This document shows, piece by piece, positions 8,577 through 17,546 of a DNA stretch of 64,000 bases. Under the pieces are notes generated by a model. The model ran no database searches and was not told the DNA's origin. It saw nothing but the letters and a program-made list of their open reading frames with translations. The translations under genes and the position numbers were made by a program. The stretch is from positions 10,337 to 74,336 of the forward strand of contig JBAZWW010000006.1 of assembly GCA_041660165.1 (NCBI GenBank). Reading direction: 5' to 3'. Source of the stretch: Patescibacteria group bacterium (GTDB lineage Bacteria > Patescibacteriota > Patescibacteriia > UBA9934). The number at the start of each line of letters is the position of its first letter. Within the stretch, counting starts at the first letter, position 1.

Positions 8577-10253
8577 TTATTTACTCTTCGTTATCCGATA
8601 AAGGCTTTCCTCGTCCATGGTTTGCACCAGCTCGAACCTCAGCTCATCGGCCTTGAATCTCTCATTGTTCAAGAAATCAAGGTCTGTCTGCGGGAAGGTA
8701 ATACCAAAGTAATACGTTGGAGCGTGAGCCACAAGGGCCGGCAGTGCAGAATATGTTTGGTCATCACGAAGCGGTGTGACAACTGCCCGCTTGGGAAATA
8801 GATATTTATCTGCACGATCAACCACGATAATCGAGTTCAGTTCTGTGTGCGAGAGAATCTGATAGCGTTTGCTGATGAATGAATTGAGCGCCGAGCGAGA
8901 TTCGATAAGGCCATCGTGGCCGTTCAAAACAAGATCTGTCGAGTTCACACAACCGGCGAGGACTAGGACTGCAAGCATCGCTCGCCAAGCCATTTTGTAC
9001 ATTTTGTACATTTCGTATCTGATCGAGATGTAACGCCATGCGGATATGAACAGGTACCCGGCGAATGGCATCGATAAGGCAAACATGGGCAGCCAATAGC
9101 GAACGTAGGAATTTCCTATGGAAATAATCTTCAGATCCGGGTTGTCATGAATATTCGCGCTTCCATAAAAAGCTACGAGCCAAGCGCTTACAAAAACCGT
9201 AATCGCGAACAGCACCTTCCAGGCCTTCTTTTTTTCAAATTTTCGGACAATGAGCAGAAGCGCGCCAAGGAGAGACGGGATGGTCATCCATGGGTACAAC
9301 ACAATGCCGTAGGACCAGAAGTTGCGGAGAATAGCGCGGGGGTGGAGGCCGAAGGGAAGTGAGAAGGTTAGAAAGGGTGAGAGAGGGTGAGAGAGGGTTG
9401 AATCCGAGGCGGTACTTGAAATCACGGTGGCTACAGGGGCGGAGACATGAACCGTGTACCCCGTGGTAAGCATGGAGCCGTATACCCAGGAGTTCATTCC
9501 TAAAATCACCACGCAAAGCGCGCCAAAGCCAAGGAGCGAGTAAAAAATATTGCGCCAGCCCAGTTCATTGCGATAGACAATGAGTAAGATTGCAAAAACC
9601 GGGATCACCCACGGCGCCTCGGCCGTCCGAATGAGAAGAGCTGTACCGATCATGGTGCCGGCCAAGAAAAACTCGATCCTGCGGAAATCCTTTGCCAGCA
9701 CTGATTTCAATCCCAGCGGGCGGGCCACGGCAAAATATAGACCAAAAATAACGAAGGCGAGAAAAGCAACATTGTGAAGCATCACTCGCCCGCTGAAATA
9801 AAGGAACGAGGGATGGATCATGAGGAACAGCGCGGACAGATCCGCCAGCGCTTCATCCTCAAAGAGTTTGTTAATGACTGATCGAAAGGCAAGGACAGCG
9901 AGCAGTGCGAGAAACGGAGTGACGAGAAGCGCGCCCGTGTCCCCCGCGAATCGGTACACAGCGCCGGCCAAGAGAGGCAGGCCAAGAAAACTTCCTGGCA
10001 ATAATCGCTCGCCAACGGCCACTATGCTTCGGGGGTGTAATACTTCGGTGTTCAGATTGCCACGCGTTCCCGAATCAGGCATGACCGGCGCGGACAGCTC
10101 CCCCGTATTTCCAAATGTTTGGGCAAAGTAGAAATTAGCGCTTTCGTCAGGAGAGAGGAAGACGCGTTCGGAAAAACTCGACAAAAAAAGCGTGGACACA
10201 AAAAACGCCACCAAAAGCGCACCGCGCAACAGATCCTTCAGCCACGTTTGCAT
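8577..10253 (-). CDS. Polytopic membrane protein, putative GT-C-fold glycosyltransferase (PMT/ArnT-like)
   Basis: 558 aa with >=10 predicted TM helices; DE-containing first loop (SPDESANFYFAQTF) reminiscent of GT39/GT83 enzymes; context among glycosyltransferases. Confidence 0.4.
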   Translation of the reverse strand: MQTWLKDLLRGALLVAFFVSTLFLSSFSERVFLSPDESANFYFAQTFGNTGELSAPVMPDSGTRGNLNTEVLHPRSIVAVGERLLPGSFLGLPLLAGAVYRFAGDTGALLVTPFLALLAVLAFRSVINKLFEDEALADLSALFLMIHPSFLYFSGRVMLHNVAFLAFVIFGLYFAVARPLGLKSVLAKDFRRIEFFLAGTMIGTALLIRTAEAPWVIPVFAILLIVYRNELGWRNIFYSLLGFGALCVVILGMNSWVYGSMLTTGYTVHVSAPVATVISSTASDSTLSHPLSPFLTFSLPFGLHPRAILRNFWSYGIVLYPWMTIPSLLGALLLIVRKFEKKKAWKVLFAITVFVSAWLVAFYGSANIHDNPDLKIISIGNSYVRYWLPMFALSMPFAGYLFISAWRYISIRYEMYKMYKMAWRAMLAVLVLAGCVNSTDLVLNGHDGLIESRSALNSFISKRYQILSHTELNSIIVVDRADKYLFPKRAVVTPLRDDQTYSALPALVAHAPTYYFGITFPQTDLDFLNNERFKADELRFELVQTMDEESLYRITKSK

Positions 10254-10270
10254 AGGAAATCCAGAGGAGC

Positions 10271-10858
10271 TTACAAGGAATACGTGATCACGGCAATAAG
10301 AGAGAAAACAAGCGCCACGGCCAATACCGCCTGGCCTAGGCTGATAAGAACGGGCAGGCTTAAAAGAATGCCAAAAAGAAGCAGGGTAATTGAAGAAACC
10401 TGGAGCACCATTTTTATCTTACCCCAAATGTTCGCCATCATAATCATGCCGGATCGCCGGGTACTTGCCCAAAGGACGGACGGAAGAATATCCAAAATAA
10501 TCGCGGTGAAGATTAAGACGGGATGAAAATATTTGAGCGCCACCACAAGCGCTACTCCGCCAATCAATAATTTATCCGCTACGGGATCAAAGAAAATACC
10601 CCATGCAGTAATCTGGTTCCGGACACGAGCAATTGATCCATCAAGCGCATCCGTAAAGGCGGCGAATAAAAAGACAGGAATGCCAATGGCATAATTTTCG
10701 CTGAACAGAAGCCAAAGTACAAACGGAATCAACAGCAACCGCAAAGCGGTCACGTGATTCGGCCGAACAAACTGCGGAACGAACGGCAGGATGACTGCCT
10801 TCATAACGCGGTCATGCGGATAGAGCTTTGGATGATTGTATTGCGAAGAACCGTCCAT
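10271..10858 (-). CDS. CDP-alcohol phosphatidyltransferase family protein
   Basis: 195 aa; motif DALDGSIARVRNQITAWGIFFDPVADKL matches D-G-x2-A-R...G-x3-D-x3-D. Confidence 0.8.
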   Translation of the reverse strand: MDGSSQYNHPKLYPHDRVMKAVILPFVPQFVRPNHVTALRLLLIPFVLWLLFSENYAIGIPVFLFAAFTDALDGSIARVRNQITAWGIFFDPVADKLLIGGVALVVALKYFHPVLIFTAIILDILPSVLWASTRRSGMIMMANIWGKIKMVLQVSSITLLLFGILLSLPVLISLGQAVLAVALVFSLIAVITYSL

Positions 10859-10877
10859 AGTGTAAGATCATTTTCAC

Positions 10878-12854
10878 ATGTTTAGCCGTCTTCTTCAAGT
10901 GATTATAGCAATAGGCGCCGGAATCGCCCTTTTTAGCGTGCTCTCAACGGGAATGTACTACGTCATGCCGGTGACGAGTGCAGGACTCGCCATCTGTGCA
11001 GTCGTAGCCGTCGGGCTCATCATCGTCATCCCGAGGAGCTCAAACCCACCCCCTTTAACCCGTCAAACAGGTTTCAGGATGACAACAGCGCTTCTTCTCT
11101 TCATCTCGCTCGTCTCCCTCACCTTCTGGTGGCACGCAGTTCTTACACATCCTATCGTCGAGTCCATTCGGTCGCCGTGGCTCGCAATTGATCCCTCAAA
11201 TCTCATCACGCTCTTTGTCCCGTTTGTAATCGGCGTGGTGCTCTTCAACAAATCGCGCACGGCGAGTTTTTTGATCTTCGTGCTTACCATATTTTCGGCG
11301 CTCTCACTGGTGGCTGTTGCGTATCCGCTTGGCTACGGGTTTGATCCATTTTTACACAGGGCAACAATTCAACACATAGCGGACTATGGAACCATCACAC
11401 CAAAACCGCTCTACTACATTGGCGAGTACATGATCGAGTTATTTGCGCTGAAGATTCTGCATCTGCCATTATTTTTGGTGGATGTGTATTTGGTGCCATT
11501 GCTTGCGTCCATCCTGATTCCAACGGCGGTGTTCGTTGGGATGGGGTCGGGATCCGAGACGGGGTCGATACATGGATCGACCCCTACGGCGATGCTCGTT
11601 CTCCTCTTTCTTCCCCTCTCTACGTTCATCCAAACCACTCCGCAGGCGTTGGCGTTTGTGTTCACGGCGGTGGTAATTTTTCTGACGGCGCCTGAATTAT
11701 TTCGCGGACCAAAAGACGGGCCAACGCATTGGTCGGCCCCTACGTCGCTTGCGCTTCCGGGGATTTTCGCACTCGCGGCGCTTGTTGCCCACCCGCTCGC
11801 TGGTCTCTCAGCGGTGTTTTACGTGGCCATGATTGCGGTTGCGTCATTGAAATTTACGCGGGGTGGCGGGGTTAAAACCCCCGCCTTGGCGGTTGGTGTT
11901 GTCGCGTGTGTCTCGGCGGTCGCCCTACCGATGGCGTTCATGGTGCAATCCATCAAAGCGCATCTCCCGCTTGGGTTCGCGTTACCAACCCTCGGAAAAA
12001 TTTCCTCGCTTCCATTGACGGCTTTTTTGGGAACGCATTTCAATGCCTGGGGCGATACGGCGTATCTGGTGATTGGCAATTTATTTTTGGTGACGGTCGG
12101 CCTGGGAATTTTCGGGGCGTGGCGAATGCGCGGAGCAATGGGGACGAGGCGAGCCTCGTCCGTACGGCAATTCATTCCATTGATCGCCGCCGGCATTGCC
12201 TTCGCGAATTTCCTGATCCTTGGTCTCTTCTTTGATTTTCCGTTCTTGATCGCTTACGAACGAGCGGATTTTGCGGGCAGGATGCTGACGCTAACGGCGT
12301 TGTTCCTGTTGCCGTATGTGCCGGATGCGTTGCGTCGTAGGGGAGGGTCTGAGACCCTCCCCTACGCCACGCAACGCACGTTCACAACGATCATCATCGG
12401 CATCGTTTTTGTGTCGAGCGTCTATGGCGCATATCCGCGGTATGACGCCTACGCCAGCTCGGCAGGATTCAATGTGACAAAGGCAGATGTTGAAGCCGTG
12501 CAAGCCATTGAGAAATATGCAGCCGGTCGCGACTACGTTGTGCTCGCAAACCAAGCTACCTCATCTTCGGCAATTTCAGAACTCGGCTTCAAAAAATATT
12601 ATCACGGGGATATGTTCTTCTACCCTATCCCCACCGGCGGTCCCCTCTATCAGCTTTTTCTTACAATGAGCAGTACGCCAAATAAAACGACAATTGAAAA
12701 AGCCCGCGAAATCACGGGCGCTCATCTGGTCTTCTTTGTCATGAGCGATTACTGGTGGGACGCGAATCGAGTGATCGAACAAACAAAACCGCTCGCAGAT
12801 GCTGTGTGGACTTTTGAAAATGGAAACGTAACGGTGATGGTGTTTGAAAAATAA
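10878..12854 (+). CDS. Large polytopic membrane protein with C-terminal soluble domain (possible GT-C-type transferase)
   Basis: 658 aa; ~12 N-terminal TM helices plus a ~190-aa C-terminal domain; no diagnostic motifs recognised. Confidence 0.35.
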   Translation: MFSRLLQVIIAIGAGIALFSVLSTGMYYVMPVTSAGLAICAVVAVGLIIVIPRSSNPPPLTRQTGFRMTTALLLFISLVSLTFWWHAVLTHPIVESIRSPWLAIDPSNLITLFVPFVIGVVLFNKSRTASFLIFVLTIFSALSLVAVAYPLGYGFDPFLHRATIQHIADYGTITPKPLYYIGEYMIELFALKILHLPLFLVDVYLVPLLASILIPTAVFVGMGSGSETGSIHGSTPTAMLVLLFLPLSTFIQTTPQALAFVFTAVVIFLTAPELFRGPKDGPTHWSAPTSLALPGIFALAALVAHPLAGLSAVFYVAMIAVASLKFTRGGGVKTPALAVGVVACVSAVALPMAFMVQSIKAHLPLGFALPTLGKISSLPLTAFLGTHFNAWGDTAYLVIGNLFLVTVGLGIFGAWRMRGAMGTRRASSVRQFIPLIAAGIAFANFLILGLFFDFPFLIAYERADFAGRMLTLTALFLLPYVPDALRRRGGSETLPYATQRTFTTIIIGIVFVSSVYGAYPRYDAYASSAGFNVTKADVEAVQAIEKYAAGRDYVVLANQATSSSAISELGFKKYYHGDMFFYPIPTGGPLYQLFLTMSSTPNKTTIEKAREITGAHLVFFVMSDYWWDANRVIEQTKPLADAVWTFENGNVTVMVFEK

Positions 12855-13018
12855 ACAGGAACTGTCTTATCGCGACTGAGTTGCGTTAGCAAAAGCTACA
12901 GTGTAGCGATAACATAAGACACCGGAGAGCAAACCAATAACCCACCTGTAGATCCTTCGTCTACACTCAGGATCTGGCTCACGGTATGGCCCTTCCCACT
13001 TTAAAAGTTCCCTACTGA

Positions 13019-14233
13019 TTACGTCCCACTGTGCTTGCGGATCGCCTCCTCACACGCCTTCACCAAACGCTCAGCATACTTTGGCAATGAGTAGTCGGCC
13101 ACAGTTTCTCTGATGATATTCCGATTATTCGCAAAGTCGTCTTTTCTAGCGTCGAGCAAAGAAAGTGCCCGGAGAAAATCTCCTTTGTCCCCCGGCGTGA
13201 ACAAATAGCCATTCTTGCCCTCTTCAACCAGCTCGCCCACTCCCCCGATTCTCGACGCAAGAATCGGCAGACCTGCTTGAAGTCCCTCATAGATTACTGT
13301 TGGCGAGTTTTCATAACACAGGCTTGGCACCACAAGCGCGTCAGCTACTCGCAACACATTAACCAGCTCTTCCGGGGGCATGTAACCCAGATAGGTGATC
13401 CGCTTGCTTGTGGCCGAGTGTTTCTCCGTCCACTTGCGAAGCGGGCCATCCCCCGCTATCAACAGGCTCATTTCACCCGGCAAAGATTCCACCGCTTCAA
13501 TCAAAAAAACTAAACCTTTATGCTGGCTCAGCTGGCCAACAAACAACAGCTTGATCGGCCCTTCCGGACGTCCGATTTTTGGCGTCACGTCATACGTTGG
13601 CGCCGGATTCGGAATGACTTCAATGTTTGTCCCGCGGAAAAAACCCGCTTCCCGATACATCTTTTCTAAATAGTGTGAAGGAGAAATCACCATGTCCGGG
13701 TTCTTAAACTTCAGCCGGCAAATGAGCTGATACAATTTATAAAATGGCTTGGCAAACCACGGCGTCTCTTCATGGCCGAACATGACCAGTCCGGAAGGAA
13801 CCACCAGTTGGAGATCATGGATGACGTGAATGTGCGGGACTCCGCGCGCGCGAATGGCCCTTGGGATAGAGAGACCGAGTCCTTTTAAATTGTGCGTGAT
13901 GACCACGTCCGGCTGTTCATTACCCAAAATGGTGCTCACCACATCTCTGCCATATCCGGAAAATCCATCAATCGCGTGCCAAAAAAAACGGACAAACCAG
14001 GGATACTTATAATCGTTTAGCGTGAAATAAATATTTTTGGCAAAGAATCTATAAATCCGCTCTGTGCTTGATCTGTCGAGTTTGATTTCTTTCCCCTCGC
14101 TCCGCGGTTGGCCCGTGATCACAAAAACATCATGGCCCTTGGCCAAGAGTTCTTCAACGGTGCGTACAATAACCGCCTCTGCGCCACCTCTGGCAAACGG
14201 CGGATACAGGTTTGTGATGATGCCTATCTTCAT
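13019..14233 (-). CDS. Glycosyltransferase family 4
   Basis: 404 aa; GT4 C-terminal signature EGLQAGLPILASRIGGVGELVEEGKNGYLF. Confidence 0.8.
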   Translation of the reverse strand: MKIGIITNLYPPFARGGAEAVIVRTVEELLAKGHDVFVITGQPRSEGKEIKLDRSSTERIYRFFAKNIYFTLNDYKYPWFVRFFWHAIDGFSGYGRDVVSTILGNEQPDVVITHNLKGLGLSIPRAIRARGVPHIHVIHDLQLVVPSGLVMFGHEETPWFAKPFYKLYQLICRLKFKNPDMVISPSHYLEKMYREAGFFRGTNIEVIPNPAPTYDVTPKIGRPEGPIKLLFVGQLSQHKGLVFLIEAVESLPGEMSLLIAGDGPLRKWTEKHSATSKRITYLGYMPPEELVNVLRVADALVVPSLCYENSPTVIYEGLQAGLPILASRIGGVGELVEEGKNGYLFTPGDKGDFLRALSLLDARKDDFANNRNIIRETVADYSLPKYAERLVKACEEAIRKHSGT

Positions 14234-14243
14234 AATCCGGTTC

Positions 14244-14267
14244 CCATCCCGACGTGAGGAGGGATAG
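14244..14267. repeat. Family-1 hairpin element (CCATCCC-GACGTGAGGA-GGGATAG), 11 nt upstream of the GT4 start on the minus strand
   Basis: Identical 25-mer also present at 45131-45155. Confidence 0.6.
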
Positions 14268-14285
14268 AATTGGATGCATCCTTGC

Positions 14286-14310
14286 TACCCCTCCTATCGT
14301 CGGGGTGGGA
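14286..14310. repeat. Family-1 hairpin element, inverted copy (ACCCC-TCCTATCGTC-GGGGT)
   Basis: Second copy in opposite orientation ~20 nt from the first; the stem covaries (ACCCC/GGGGT). Confidence 0.55.
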
Positions 14311-14313
14311 GCA

Positions 14314-15396
14314 TTAGCGCTCTCCTTGTAGAATTCCGTTATACGCCTGCAGTAATGAGCGCGCAAGAGCGCTGTTGTCATATCTTTCCATGACGCGGGC
14401 GCGGGCAGCTGCGCCCATAATCACAGCGTCTTCTGGATGCTCTACAAATCGGCATATTTGGAGCGCCAAATCTGCGGGATCGCCAGCTTTTGCTACATAT
14501 CCTGTTCGCTTGGCGTCAACCAGTGTTCTGACACCTGGGAGGTCGCTGACAATTGACGGCAAACCGGAAGCCGCGGCCTCCAGCGTAACCAACCCGAAGG
14601 CCTCTCCCCGATTTATCGCTGGCAGCACATGAACATCTGCGGAGCGATAGGCACCCGGCAATTCCTCAGCCGAGATCCCGCCAAGGAAATGCACGCGCTC
14701 GTTTATCATGAGCTCGACGGCCAGCTTTTCATAGAACGGTTTAAGATCGCCACTGCCAACAATCGTCAGATGCACACTTGTCGGGACCATCAAGAGTGCT
14801 CGAAGCAACACGTCAACACCCTTAAAATCATGCGCCTTATCAAGCCCGCCGACAAAAATAATGTTCAACGCCTCCCGCGGAATGCCGAGCGTCTCTCGCA
14901 GTGCACTATTTTGTCCCGGAGAGAATCGGGTAGCGTCTACGCCGAAGGGCATCTGTATAAGACGCTTGTGTTTTATGTTTGCTTCTTGTGCGTATTCTGA
15001 CGAGCTCACGAATACGCATTTTGCAACTGCAAAGATAATCGGTTCAATCACCGCTCGGTGGATAGAGAAAATAACATTTCGCCAATCACTCGAGACCGCC
15101 TTCATATGATACGTAAGGACGAGCGGGGTGCGCCAGATGACTGAGGCAATGGCCGAAAAAATATCCATGCCATAACACGGATAGTGGACATGAATGATGT
15201 CGAAACCTTTCAACGCTCGAACGAGCCCCGGCATAACAGCGGCGTTGCCATAGGCGAAAAGTGGCCGAGCGGTACTCGGCGCAAACACTCTAACCTCATG
15301 GCCGATGGCCTTGAGTGCATTGGCCTGGGCCTCAGCCACAGCGCCAATCCCGCCCTTATACGGAGGAAAAACGGGAGTAACGATGGCGATTTTCAT
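14314..15396 (-). CDS. Glycosyltransferase family 4
   Basis: 360 aa; MKIAIVTPVFPPYKGGIG..., EAFGLVTLEAAASGLPSIVSD. Confidence 0.8.
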   Translation of the reverse strand: MKIAIVTPVFPPYKGGIGAVAEAQANALKAIGHEVRVFAPSTARPLFAYGNAAVMPGLVRALKGFDIIHVHYPCYGMDIFSAIASVIWRTPLVLTYHMKAVSSDWRNVIFSIHRAVIEPIIFAVAKCVFVSSSEYAQEANIKHKRLIQMPFGVDATRFSPGQNSALRETLGIPREALNIIFVGGLDKAHDFKGVDVLLRALLMVPTSVHLTIVGSGDLKPFYEKLAVELMINERVHFLGGISAEELPGAYRSADVHVLPAINRGEAFGLVTLEAAASGLPSIVSDLPGVRTLVDAKRTGYVAKAGDPADLALQICRFVEHPEDAVIMGAAARARVMERYDNSALARSLLQAYNGILQGER

Positions 15397-15412
15397 AAAA
15401 TCTTCTTATCTC

Positions 15413-15482
15413 CACCCTGAACGACAGTGAAGGGTCCGACCCTCACCAGTGAAAGTCGGATCCTTCGCATAGCTCAGGATGG
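15413..15482. repeat. Family-2 ~70-nt imperfect palindromic intergenic element
   Basis: CCACCCTGAAC...GAAGGGTCCGAC-CCTCACCAGTGAAA-GTCGGATCCTTC...GCTCAGGATGG; related copies at 31248-31319 and 32175-32247. Confidence 0.65.
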
Positions 15483-15495
15483 TAACCATTCAGAG

Positions 15496-15840
15496 TTAAC
15501 CCCCTTTTTCAACATTCTGAATAGCAATCGCCCGCACAAGATCCGTCATCTCCGCAGACAGCTTTTGCTGTTTCAACATGAGCCGGTAGACAACATAGGT
15601 GAGAATGACGATGGCCGAGTACACAATCACGTCAGCGCCACGGCCAACACCAACGGCGTTAGCAACGATGCTCGTGATATTCGGAACCGCAACCACGATG
15701 ATGACCACCGTCCACAGAATGGAAAAAGCAATGACCCAATATTTTGAAGCTTCTTTTTTCTGATACTGCTTCCACGTTTTCAAGATGGCAAAAAGGGCAA
15801 AGGCGATGAGGGCAATTTGAAAAATCATATTAGCCAACAA
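15496..15840 (-). CDS. DUF2304-like small membrane protein (companion of GT2 genes)
   Basis: 114 aa, 3-4 TM helices; 11-nt overlap with the adjacent GT2 gene. Confidence 0.5.
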   Translation of the reverse strand: MLANMIFQIALIAFALFAILKTWKQYQKKEASKYWVIAFSILWTVVIIVVAVPNITSIVANAVGVGRGADVIVYSAIVILTYVVYRLMLKQQKLSAEMTDLVRAIAIQNVEKGG

Positions 15841-16507
15841 ATTTCTTTTTCAAAATATCAATCGCCGTGGCCACCGCCTTAAAGGTGGACTGTCCTTTAC
15901 CGAGTGTTTCTGCCGAGTACCAAATGGTAACGGGACGCTCGACATACCTTAAGCGCTTGGCCACAATGAGATCAAGAATTTCCGAAGCGTGCGCCATTCT
16001 GTCGAGCGTAATCCTAATCAACTTTGCACCACTGGCCGAAAAAGCTCGAAAACCATTATGCGTGTCCGTCACTCGAATACCCGAAAGAAGAACAGTAAAC
16101 AACACGCCAAGCCGAATCATCATCTGCCGAACGGCCGGCATGTTTTCTGCCGAGCGCCCAAGAAAACGGGAGCCAAGCACCGCCTCAGCCTCGCCCTTTT
16201 CTATCGGCTCTAGCATCATGGGAATTTCACTGCCGAGCATCTGGCCATCTGCGTCAAAATGAACAATCGCCTCAGCACCGAGTACCTGTAAAGCATAATC
16301 CATGCCTGTCTGGAGCGCCGCCCCCTGCCCGCGGTTAATAATATGAGTCAGCACATGCGCGCCCGCCTCCTTGGCCCGCTGACCGCTCTGATCACGGCTC
16401 CCGTCATCAACCACCACCACGGCCGACACATACGGCAAAGCATCGCGAACACTCGCGGAAATTCTGACTTCTTCATTATAACAAGCGATGACGGCAACAG
16501 CTCTCAT
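15830..16507 (-). CDS. Glycosyltransferase family 2, dolichyl/polyprenyl-phosphate sugar synthase-like
   Basis: 225 aa; AVIACYNEE, VVVDDGSRD, DADGQ (DPM1-like GT2). Confidence 0.8.
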   Translation of the reverse strand: MRAVAVIACYNEEVRISASVRDALPYVSAVVVVDDGSRDQSGQRAKEAGAHVLTHIINRGQGAALQTGMDYALQVLGAEAIVHFDADGQMLGSEIPMMLEPIEKGEAEAVLGSRFLGRSAENMPAVRQMMIRLGVLFTVLLSGIRVTDTHNGFRAFSASGAKLIRITLDRMAHASEILDLIVAKRLRYVERPVTIWYSAETLGKGQSTFKAVATAIDILKKKFVG

Positions 16508-16519
16508 ACTCGCCCTCTT

Positions 16520-17536
16520 TTACCCTCCATTCCCTCCATTTGTCAAAAGCAATTTGTTGGCGCGAACGTAGTCAATCGTTTTCTTCAAACCGTCCTCAAG
16601 CCTGACCAGCGGAATCCAGCCCAGCTGTTCCCTGGCTTTATCAAGAGCGGGCAAACCCAGGTTCACCATGTGCGGAGGAAGATTTTCATACTCAATATCT
16701 ACTTTAGATTCCGCAAGCTCCATGATCATCTTTGCCACATCAGAAATCTTCATCTCCACATCACTGCCAAGGTTCACGGGACCAATGGTTTTTCCGGCGC
16801 GCAAAAGACGAATCATCCCATCCACAATATCCGTTGCGTACGACAGAGAGGTAGTCGAATTTTCATCCCCCATAATAACCACCGGCTTGCCATCAAGAAC
16901 GTTCAACACGAAATCGGGAATCTGATGGCCCTGAAATAACGGCATCCTTGGTCCATACGTTCGGAAAATTCGGGCGATCTTTGCATCAATCCCGTGGACG
17001 TCTGCATACGTCTGGAACATGGTCTCCGCAAATTTCTTTCCTTCGTTGAAGCAAGCCCGAGGGTTCAAGTGATCCATAACCCCAAGCTCAGCCTCATGAA
17101 TGCCGGTTCCAGTCTTTGCCTCATGGTTTCCGTAGACAGTAGCTGACGACGCCAACAAAATTTTCGCCTTATATTTAACAGCTATCTCCAGCGCGTTCCT
17201 GGTTCCCACTGAATTCGTGAGAAGCGCAGACATGCGGAATTTTTCAAAACCTTTAACCGCCGTAGGGAGCGCCAAGTGATAAATCTCTTGCACGCCAAGG
17301 AACTTCACCTTAAAAGGTTCGAGTTCCGGATATGCTTCAAGGTCAAACGGCTGGCTAATGTCGAGCTTGAGAAATTGAAAATCGGGATTACGCAACAACG
17401 GCTCCACGTTGCGAACATGACCGGTTGAAAAATTATCAATTGCAATCACGTGGTTACCCTCCTTCAATAATGCGTCGCAGAGGAATGAACCAAGAAATCC
17501 CGCTCCGCCCGTCACGAGTACATTTTTTTTGTCCAT
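16520..17536 (-). CDS. UDP-glucuronate decarboxylase (UDP-xylose synthase)-like NAD-dependent epimerase/dehydratase
   Basis: 338 aa; VLVTGGAGFLGS, PRACFNEGKKFAETM and ARIFRTYGPRM closely resemble UXS enzymes. Confidence 0.75.
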   Translation of the reverse strand: MDKKNVLVTGGAGFLGSFLCDALLKEGNHVIAIDNFSTGHVRNVEPLLRNPDFQFLKLDISQPFDLEAYPELEPFKVKFLGVQEIYHLALPTAVKGFEKFRMSALLTNSVGTRNALEIAVKYKAKILLASSATVYGNHEAKTGTGIHEAELGVMDHLNPRACFNEGKKFAETMFQTYADVHGIDAKIARIFRTYGPRMPLFQGHQIPDFVLNVLDGKPVVIMGDENSTTSLSYATDIVDGMIRLLRAGKTIGPVNLGSDVEMKISDVAKMIMELAESKVDIEYENLPPHMVNLGLPALDKAREQLGWIPLVRLEDGLKKTIDYVRANKLLLTNGGNGG

Positions 17537-17546
17537 AAAATGTGTA

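Noticed and set aside
9361-9410. Short tandem GGGTGAGAGA repeats inside the GT-C-like membrane protein gene
   Set aside because: They lie within coding sequence on the opposite strand and simply encode part of a hydrophobic segment. There is no evidence of a separate element.
15460-15490. tRNA-like D-arm sequence GCATAGCTCAGGATGGTAACC inside the family-2 elements (also at 31300-31320)
   Set aside because: TAGCTCAG resembles a tRNA D-loop, but no matching D-stem closure (GAGC), anticodon arm or T-arm (GTTCRANYC) follows. No tRNA cloverleaf can be drawn, so it is treated as part of the palindromic repeat.
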